Assembly: GCA_964016885.1 (NCBI GenBank)
Contig: OZ024741.1
Location: 334,180,001-334,244,000 of the forward strand
Source of the DNA: Eledone cirrhosa
Lineage: Eukaryota
Direction: 5' to 3'
Length of the DNA: 64,000 nucleotides
Below, one piece after another: positions 1 through 12,540 of the stretch. Below the pieces are notes generated by a model. The model was not told where the DNA came from, made no database searches, and saw only the letters and a list, made by a program, of their open reading frames with translations. The number at the start of each line of letters is the position of its first letter. Position 1 is the first letter of the stretch. A program made the position numbers and the translations under genes.

Positions 1-533
<533 letters not shown>

Positions 534-587
534 ATAAAATATTAAACAAATAATGAATAAACAATTCCTTATATTAAACAAAAAAAG

Positions 588-742
588 TTCATTATTTAAC
601 GATCGTTTCTAGGGTATATATGTGTTATAATTGGTATGCATATTCAACAGATCTATGTACAAAATTATACAAAATTATACAAATTATCAAGATTAAATAT
701 ACATACCAAACACATATATACGCCGTCTTCAGAAATAATGAA
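588..742 (-). ncRNA. Type I hammerhead ribozyme (mirror copy of 5104-5258)
   Basis: Reverse complement of the + copy: CUGAAGA...GAAAC-GAUC-GUU, 10-bp stem I. Confidence 0.75.
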
Positions 743-1560
743 GTATATTTATTGATAATAACAACAATTCAAAATTTCAGTTCAAAATTGACCAATGAAA
801 ACACAAAGGGTTAAAAGCAGTTCGGTGTGTGTATATACATGTAAAACCCTTACACATATTTTACAAAAATGTATGTATAATTTGTATACGCATACTAAAA
901 AGATGGATGCAAACACAAAATTTCAAGGTTAATATCTCTGTAAGCTTACCATGCGCAGATAAGATGCGCATTGATACTTATGGAGTCAAGTATATAAATA
1001 TATTTTTTCATACTCACACATATCAGTACAATCACACATACACGCGCGTATATGCATAAATATACACATAACCACGAACATACAAACACACACACACCCC
1101 CACTCACATTTATATATGTGGATATAAAATCATAAGCACATGGATATTAATTCACTCACATAAAACACTGGCACACACATTTCTAGATCAAGATACAGAA
1201 ATTAGGTGGGAGGGGGGGAAGGGGTCAGTATTCAATTGTCTGAGCAGACTGCCTAATATAAATGTATCTATAAATTAAGAAAAATAAAAAAATAAAACAA
1301 TAAAATATAATAAATATAATATAATATACATACGCATACAGATATATACACATACATACATGTACGCGCACATAGAAATATTTACGCATACACACATACA
1401 CACATACATATACAGTCATACACACATATACACTTACACGAACATACACATACACATATATAAAGATATATATATACACACACACACACACGCAACACAT
1501 TCACACATACACATATATATAAAAAATAAATAATAAAGATATATATCCATATATATATAT

Positions 1561-1605
<45 letters not shown>

Positions 1606-1684
1606 CATACACATACATCTAAATATACATACACATACATACACACATACATGTACATACATGTACATACATATACGCACATCG

Positions 1685-1737
<53 letters not shown>

Positions 1738-2088
1738 GACATATAGATACATACACACACAACTTACATACACACATATATATATATATAGATGTACATT
1801 CATACATAGAATTAGATATATAATCATACATACATATGCACCTACTTATACTCATATATATAAATACATACGCTTCCATATATGCGTATATACATAAAAA
1901 ACACTACAACCTCACCTAACCCAGACATACAAATAAAAATAATAATAAAAAGGCATATGTATATACATACACACACGCATTAATAGAGATATATATATAT
2001 ACACACATACATACACATATATATATATACATATATATATACACATATATATATGTATATTTATATATACACACACATACACTCATAC

Positions 2089-2120
<32 letters not shown>

Positions 2121-4104
2121 CCACACACTCATACCACCATAAATACACATACAAACACCCACATATATATATATATATATATACACACGTATATATATAC
2201 ATATATATATATATATATGTACACACACATAAAAAACAGACATGCACATATATATATATATATTTTTTTACACTTATATATACACATATTATAAACACAT
2301 ACACAAACTCACTTATACACATATACATATAAGTTATATTATAATAATAAAGAATAATATACATATATATATATACATATACATATATATATATATATAT
2401 ATATACATACATACATACACATACATACATACACATAAACATATACATACATAAATACACACATTCGAATAAAGACATATATTCACACATAGACACCTAT
2501 ATATATATATATATATCTATATATATATATACACATATATATATATATATACACACATACACATATACAGACACATATACACACTCACATATATATATGT
2601 GTATGTGTGTGTGCGCACATACACATATATACACACACACATACAAACACACACAAACACTTACATATACATACGTGCACACACACACACATATATATCA
2701 CATAGATACGAAGATAAACATATAAATAGAGAGACATACATATATATACAACACACATACACACACATACATACACACGCATATCCATATACATATATAT
2801 ATATATACATATATATATATATTCCTATATATACAAGCATACACATACATACACATATATACACATACATACACATATACATACACACATTCACATACAC
2901 ATACATATATAATGCATATATATACATATATATACATACATATGTACACTCATATATACACACGCAATCTTACATTCATATTTGCATGCGCATATATGTA
3001 TTTTTATATTTAGATATAAATACCCATATATATATATATGTATATATATATATATGTATATGGATATGCGTGTGTATGTATGTGTGTGTATGTGTGTTGT
3101 ATATATATGTATGTCTCTCTATTTATATGTTTATCTTCGTATCTATGTGATATATATGTGTGTGTGTGTGCACGTATGTATATGTAAGTGTTTGTGTGTG
3201 TTTGTATGTGTGTGTGTATATATGTGTATGTGCGCACACACACATACACATATATATATGTGAGTGTGTATATGTGTCTGTATATGTGTATGTGTGTATA
3301 TATATATATATATGTGTATATATATATATAGATATATATATATATATATAGGTGTCTATGTGTGAATATATGTCTTTATTCGAATGTGTGTATTTATGTA
3401 TGTATATGTTTATGTGTATGTATGTATGTGTATGTATGTATGTATATATATATATATATATATATGTATATGTATATATATATATGTATATTATTCTTTA
3501 TTATTATAATATAACTTATATGTATATGTGTATAAGTGAGTTTGTGTATGTGTTTATAATATGTGTATATATAAGTGTAAAAAAATATATATATATATAT
3601 GTGCATGTCTGTTTTTTATGTGTGTGTACATATATATATATATATATGTATATATATACGTGTGTATATATATATATATATATATGTGGGTGTTTGTATG
3701 TGTATTTATGGTGGTATGAGTGTGTGGCTATATATGTATATGTATATATATATATGTATGAGTGTATGTGTGTGTATATATAAATATACATATATATATG
3801 TGTATATATATATGTATATATATATGTGTATGTATGTGTGTATATATATATATCTCTATTAATGCGTGTGTGTATGTATATACATATGCCTTTTTATTAT
3901 TATTTTTATTTGTATGTCTGGGTTAGGTGAGGTTGTAGTGTTTTTTATGTATATACGCATATATGGAAGCGTATGTATTTATATATATGAGTATAAGTAG
4001 GTGCATATGTATGTATGATTATATATCTAATTCTATGTATGAATGTACATCTATATATATATATATGTGTGTATGTAAGTTGTGTGTGTATGTATCTATA
4101 TGTC

Positions 4105-4161
<57 letters not shown>

Positions 4162-4240
4162 CGATGTGCGTATATGTATGTACATGTATGTACATGTATG
4201 TGTGTATGTATGTGTATGTATATTTAGATGTATGTGTATG

Positions 4241-4285
<45 letters not shown>

Positions 4286-5103
4286 ATATATATATATGGA
4301 TATATATCTTTATTATTTATTTTTTATATATATGTGTATGTGTGAATGTGTTGCGTGTGTGTGTGTGTGTATATATATATCTTTATATATGTGTATGTGT
4401 ATGTTCGTGTAAGTGTATATGTGTGTATGACTGTATATGTATGTGTGTATGTGTGTATGCGTAAATATTTCTATGTGCGCGTACATGTATGTATGTGTAT
4501 ATATCTGTATGCGTATGTATATTATATTATATTTATTATATTTTATTGTTTTATTTTTTTATTTTTCTTAATTTATAGATACATTTATATTAGGCAGTCT
4601 GCTCAGACAATTGAATACTGACCCCTTCCCCCCCTCCCACCTAATTTCTGTATCTTGATCTAGAAATGTGTGTGCCAGTGTTTTATGTGAGTGAATTAAT
4701 ATCCATGTGCTTATGATTTTATATCCACATATATAAATGTGAGTGGGGGTGTGTGTGTGTTTGTATGTTCGTGGTTATGTGTATATTTATGCATATACGC
4801 GCGTGTATGTGTGATTGTACTGATATGTGTGAGTATGAAAAAATATATTTATATACTTGACTCCATAAGTATCAATGCGCATCTTATCTGCGCATGGTAA
4901 GCTTACAGAGATATTAACCTTGAAATTTTGTGTTTGCATCCATCTTTTTAGTATGCGTATACAAATTATACATACATTTTTGTAAAATATGTGTAAGGGT
5001 TTTACATGTATATACACACACCGAACTGCCTTTAACCCTTTGTGTTTTCATTGGTCAATTTTGAACTGAAATTTTGAATTGTTGTTATTATCAATAAATA
5101 TAC

Positions 5104-5258
5104 TTCATTATTTCTGAAGACGGCGTATATATGTGTTTGGTATGTATATTTAATCTTGATAATTTGTATAATTTTGTATAATTTTGTACATAGATCTGTT
5201 GAATATGCATACCAATTATAACACATATATACCCTAGAAACGATCGTTAAATAATGAA
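5104..5258 (+). ncRNA. Type I hammerhead ribozyme with long stem II
   Basis: Stem I UUCAUUAUUU(5104-13)/AAAUAAUGAA(5249-58); core CUGAAGA 5114-20; GAAA 5237-40; palindromic stem III AACGAUCGUU; cleavage triplet GUU; stem II GUAUAUAUGUGU/ACACAUAUAUAC and UUGGUAUG/CAUACCAA. Confidence 0.78.
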
Positions 5259-5446
5259 CTTTTTTTGTTTAATATAAGGAATTGTTTATTCATTATTTGT
5301 TTAATATTTTATCTTGACTCTGTATACCGTTTATCTTTCACCGAAAGTGGTTTTTCATTACATCTCTTCTTTCCATGATATCCGGAATACATTGAGTTCT
5401 TCATACGGATTGGACACTACCGTAAACTCTTGGTAGATTTATCTAC

Positions 5447-5838
<392 letters not shown>

Positions 5839-6179
5839 GGAGGCACATGGCTTAGTGTTTAGAGCATTGGCCTTGCAATCGAAAGGTTGTGAGTTCAATT
5901 CTCAGACCGGGTGATGTGTTGTTTCCTTGAGCAAGACACTTTATTTCACATTGCTCCAGTTTACTCAGCTGTAGAAATGAGATGATAGGGACAGGGATCC
6001 ATATCATTCCACTGCAAAGTGGTCGTGGAGGTGCCACGGCAAAAAAAAGCACCCAGCACTCACTGTAAATGAGGTTGGTGTTAGGAAGGGCATCCAGCTG
6101 TAGAAATCAAGCCAGAATCAGTTCCCGTCCCACCCTTGCAAGCAGGGAAAAGCAGACGCAAAAAATGAAAAAAAAATGA

Positions 6180-6182
<3 letters not shown>
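5839..6182 (+). mobile_element. tRNA-derived SINE with CORE-like body and RTE-derived tail
   Basis: A-box-like TGGCTTAGTGTT, B-box-like GAGTTCAATTC, CCTTGAGCAAGACACTTTATTTCAC body. Tail CCCGTCCCACCCTTGCAAGCAGGGAAAAGC matches the 3' end of the RTE at 47800-47840. Confidence 0.85.
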
Positions 6183-6239
<57 letters not shown>

Positions 6240-6446
6240 GAAACAATTGTTTGGAAAGAGAGATATATTTTAATTTTTATTATATCTCATATAAAATAAT
6301 ACAACTGGCTTTCCACAAAATACATATAGTTAGCACCCCAAACACAAAATTGGGATTATACTAACGTATACCCTAATGTTTGTTGAGTGAGATGGTTACC
6401 AGTCGGAGTTTAGCTTAAAGCTTTCTCTGTTATTGTATTAAATAAT

Positions 6447-6482
<36 letters not shown>

Positions 6483-6611
6483 TTTATATATATATATTTA
6501 TATATTTATATTTTTATATATATATATATTTATATATTTATATATATATATATGTCCATGTTGGGAGACCGCCCTTGAAAATTATATATAAATATATTTA
6601 AATATATATAT

Positions 6612-6953
6612 CTATCTAGCGCGTGTAAAATTCCCGAGATCCATGGATGACTTCTCTCTAGCGGTCTCTGTCCTTCATTATCGCTGCCATGTCCTGCATC
6701 TCCAACAGACCAGTGTCTGTCCTTAGGACATCAACATACGTTAACCTTGGTCTTCCTCTTCCAGTGTGTCCATGTAGGGGATCCCACAGGAGCACTGAGT
6801 GCAATATCAACTCTGGATGTCGGTGAGCATGTCCAGCTAACCTCAACCTTCTCTGTGTCACTTTTGAGCTGACTTTTGGGAGGATCACATACAGCTCAGA
6901 GTTTTTCATCCTCAGTGTATACTGATTAATGTTCAGAGCCATCCTCAGCATTA
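6612..6953 (-). mobile_element. 3' fragment of an RTE/RTE-X-like LINE
   Basis: Translation RRLRLAGHAHRH...[18 protein letters not shown] is a typical RTE-group C-terminus; homologous to 47365-47506; short TAGA tail. Confidence 0.8.
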
Positions 6954-7019
6954 TATTTATATATATATATATATATATCATCATCATCATCATTATCATC
7001 ATATATATAAATATATATA

Positions 7020-8317
<1,298 letters not shown>

Positions 8318-8442
8318 TATATATATATATATATATATAGTATTAAGGATACTATTTATGGTTATGTATATACTAAAACTTTTTATAGTTATATATATTT
8401 TAAACCCTAAACAGTGTAAGACAGTAATTTATTTCGCACAAT

Positions 8443-9429
8443 ATGTCCATGAGAAAATTTAGTAATAAGAATAGCAACCACACACACACTAATACGAAGG
8501 ATGCCAACAAACGTAACCCATTCCACAGAAGTTACCATAGTACCATAAAAGGAAACAACTCACCAGACATAAAAAACAAAAATAGAAGAAGGAATAATAC
8601 ATTTTTCAACCCTCCTTTCAATCTAACCGTCTCTACCAACCTACCTAAGGCTTTCTTCTCACTCCTAGATAAAAACTTCCCATCTGGCCACAAGTACAAT
8701 AGCCTTTTAAACAAAAACACAATTAAAATCTCCTACTCTACTACGCCTAACATAGCATACGACATAGCTAGTAGCAATAAAAGAAAAATTAATTCTTACT
8801 TCCAACAAACTAAATCACAACAGGCGGTAAACCTTCAAAATAACATTATATCAACTAACCCTGATAACAATAGTAATAATAGTAATAGCACTAGTGTAAG
8901 CAATAACGCTGGGAACGACAACCCCCATAACCATAATCCTACAGCTACCACCCAGACTTCTACACAACATAATAACCGGCAGACTAACACCCGGAATAAT
9001 TGTAACTGTAGATCTAATAGAACCTGCCCTTTAGATAAAAAATGCTTAATCAAGGATATCATATACTCATGCACCGTCACAACTAGCTACTCTTCTGAAA
9101 CCTATATAGGCTCTACTTCAAACTGCTTCAAAACCAGATACAATTCGCACCTCCACTCTTTCCAAAAACACAGTCTAGTCAACTCCACTTCACTATCTAG
9201 CTACATACACTATCTAAAAACTAAAAATAGATCTTATACACTTAAATGGGAAGTGATAGGTAAGGTGACATCATACAAACCACCTAATAAAGTTTGTAAC
9301 CTCTGTCTACTAGAGACCTATACTATTATCTTCTCAAACCATAACCTCCTTAATAAAAAATCAGAAGTGTTCGCGTCATGCCAGCACCGCTTCCGACACT
9401 CTTTCCAAAACTTTAAACCCAATATATAG
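8443..9429 (+). pseudogene. C-terminal linker and GIY-YIG endonuclease of a PLE polyprotein (RT missing)
   Basis: FFNPPFN, NKNTIKISYS, CNCR..TCPL..KCL, IIYSC...YIGST, FKTRYNSH, CNLCLLE, LLNKKSE..SCQHR motifs. Confidence 0.88.
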
Positions 9430-10869
9430 CAACGTCAGACTTGAACCCATCACCACTTCTAGCAACACACCTCAAGGGCACAGCTTACACCACAACTCCA
9501 CACTCAATGATCCATCCTATCTTAACACAATTAGTGACATCTATCTAGAACCTTTTACCCTAGAAACATCCCCATGTACATCTACTTTTAGTATAATTGC
9601 CTTCAATTAATTAGACTACATTATACCACTATATAATTAAATGTAAACTTTAAACACTGAATTATTTGTGCTAATGTTGTTCTGTGTATGGAGTGCCATC
9701 ATTGGATAAATAGAAGATTAATTTATTAACATAAAAGAGCTCTATAACCTATATGTTGAGTACAATGAATTATGTACAAGTGGTATATGAGTTATACATA
9801 CATAGACAGATTAATGACATTGTAAGTGAGAATTGCTCTCTGGTCTGCCCTAGAGATATTTAACTTTGCCATGCAAACAGACATGCGCTGACCCAGAGCT
9901 TACCAGGGGTTATATATAGACGTGGTTCTAATTAAACCCTGCCAGGTTCTGTGGGTAGACTACATTTACAAAGTTCATTGATTTGGAGATTTGACTCTTC
10001 ATATGGAATATTCAGTGGTGGCACTCTATGATAGAGGGTAATAATCCTAATATGGATACCTTTAGTACTTCTTGATAGAGTAGACTGTAATTTAAAGATA
10101 GGATACTTAAATTTAGAAACTGTTTATAACCATATATGTAAGGGACACATTTGGGACACCGTTTAATGTATATTGGAATAAAAAATTTAGTTATAGAAAT
10201 CAGCTAGTTACCACCCCTCACGCATTAACTCCCCTTAATCACACATACTTCCGGAAAATAAAACAATGTAAATTCTCGCAACAAAAACAACCTGCTCTAT
10301 AAAATTGGATTAAAGAACAACATGCTGTAATAATCTAACCTAATACATAAAGCTTCCAATACTGAATCATCGTTAATTATGTGAAGGACATATAATCTAT
10401 ATATTACGTTTCCTGGATTGTGAAAATGGTGGTGTATACAAAAACCATAACACTATTTTGTTTCTCATTTTTAATATTTCTCTGCACACAAGCTTCTTTA
10501 TCATACATAAAAAATACTTTACAAATACAACCCCCATAATACTCTTGATTACCCGCTTAAAGTGCTTGTATTGCATATAATACCTTGCTGCACATTAATC
10601 TGATATAAATAAGACAGACGTGCATGCCCCACGTGTAACTATTGCATACACTAACTACTTCAAACTATCCTCTTGCATTATCTTCGTAAACTGCCGATGT
10701 TGTATTTTAACTTTAATTTCGTTTTAATATGATTTTAATTTTTGAATGTAAATTGCCATGCTAAAATATTATAATGGATGTCATCCCTCTGTGCATCGAT
10801 ATATACATATGTTTCTGGATGTCTCTTGTGTTGGAAAGGGGGTCATGTATGTAAACAATCATTGAAAAA

Positions 10870-10920
10870 TTGCTCCGAAGACCTCAAACCTCGGTTTGGA
10901 TGAAACAATTGTAAGCTAAT
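10870..10920 (+). ncRNA. Degenerate minimal hammerhead
   Basis: GCU-CCGAAGA (U4->C)-CAAACC/GGUUUG stem II-GAAAC-AAUU-GUA-AGC; palindromic ACAAUUGU; expected position at PLE 3' end. Confidence 0.5.
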
Positions 10921-10993
10921 AAATGGTTTGAACAGAACTTTGATTCATGTGATTTCTATATATATATATTTATATATATTTATATATATATAT

Positions 10994-11315
10994 ATCATCA
11001 TTTCATTTATTTCAATTTACGTCCGCTTTTCCCTGCTTGCAAGGGTGGGACGGGAACTGATTCTGGCTTGATTTCTACAGCTGGATGCCCTTCCTAACAC
11101 CAACCTCATTTACAGTGAGTGCTGGGTGCTTTTTTGCCGTGACACCTACACGACCACTTTGCAGTCACTATCATCTCATTTCTACAGCTGAGTAAACTGG
11201 AGCAATGTGAAATAAAGTGTCTTGCTCAAGGAAACAACACACCACCCGATCAGAGAATTGAACTCACAACCTTTCTATTGCAAGGCCAATGCTCTAACCA
11301 CTAAGCCATGTGCCT

Positions 11316-11317
<2 letters not shown>
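10994..11317 (-). mobile_element. tRNA-derived SINE, same family as 5839-6182
   Basis: Reverse complement starts GGAGGCACATGGCTTAGTGGTTAGAGCATTGGCC; same body and RTE tail. Confidence 0.85.
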
Positions 11318-11936
<619 letters not shown>

Positions 11937-11939
11937 GAT

Positions 11940-12102
11940 ATTAAATGATATTAAATAAATGGAAACTATATTTATAAAACCATATTTATTTCGTTATATA
12001 TATTTCAGGGATATCATATTAACAATATGTTATGCCTTCTTCAGACAAAATACAATATAAACAGTCTTATAAATAAATAGATACGACATACCTTTCAATC
12101 AC
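11940..12102 (-). mobile_element. PLE 3'-terminal fragment, homologous to 59050-59210
   Basis: Shares GAAATAAATATGGTTTTATAAATATAGTTTCCATTTATT and the HHR with the PLE end at 59100-59205. Confidence 0.75.
11987..12052 (-). ncRNA. Type I minimal hammerhead ribozyme
   Basis: Minus: UAUUUUGU-CUGAAGA-AGGCAUAACAUAUU..AAUAUGAUAUCCCU-GAAA-UAUAUAUA-ACGAAAUA. Confidence 0.72.
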
Positions 12103-12450
12103 CTCGACCAGAGGGAGTTATTAACAATATATATTTAGAAACACACAGATACATGCGGACACATTAGTGTTTCTAAATATATATTGTTAATAACTCCCTC
12201 TGGTCGAGCAATCTTTGAAGTGTGGGGACAGCTGGAAAGCTTCCATTACTCATACTTCTCGCCTTTTTCACCACCTCTTCTGCGGCCTCGATATAAATAC
12301 CCCCTCCGCCTCCGTGGTATTTTCTTCGGGGTCATAAGAGGCTTAGCTCTGTTTCTCGACCGTTATATCGCGTGACTATCTCCCCCTCCGCCTTTTGGGA
12401 TTCTTTCTCACGTCGTGTAGACGCGTTCTTGAGACTAGTAAAATGAGGTA

Positions 12451-12540
12451 TCCTCTTGATAAGTCGGCAGACCTCGCAGGGACTCTATGTCTTTATGATA
12501 TATTGTTTTTGTTTATGCCACGAAACTACGTAGTCGAGGA
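12451..12540 (+). ncRNA. Type I hammerhead, U3-A8 core variant (first of 21 copies)
   Basis: Stem I UCCUC(12451-55)/GAGGA(12536-40); core UUGAUAA 12456-62; stem II GU(C)GGCA/UGCCAC; GAAA 12522-25; palindromic ACUACGUAGU; GUC cleavage after 12535. Confidence 0.82.

Larger units (their letters stand above)
534..5446. mobile_element. Non-coding fold-back element: ~2.3-kb inverted arms (534-~2820 / ~3025-5312) ending in a PLE-type terminal region with hammerhead
   Basis: Mirror ORFs (620..814+ vs 5032..5226-; 829..1059+ vs 4787..5017-; coordinate sums 5846-5848). The + arm has an extra tail 5313-5446. Both ends abut (TA)n. Each arm carries an HHR. Confidence 0.8.
8443..10957 (+). mobile_element. 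5'-truncated Penelope-like element (Naiad-like): GIY-YIG ORF + ~1.5-kb 3' UTR
   Basis: ORF 8443..9429 plus a degenerate HHR at the 3' end, terminating in (TA)n. Confidence 0.82.

Noticed and set aside
5839-5912. tRNA gene
   Set aside because: tRNA-like head continues into SINE body and LINE tail; no proper cloverleaf or terminator.
6238-6450. GAAACAATTGTTTGGAAAG, resembling the 3' half of a hammerhead at the start of a short island
   Set aside because: No upstream CUGANGA core; at most a severely truncated PLE tail.
8443-10957. Selenoprotein/SECIS as reported in some Naiad PLEs
   Set aside because: No in-frame UGA in the visible ORFs and no SECIS recognised by eye.
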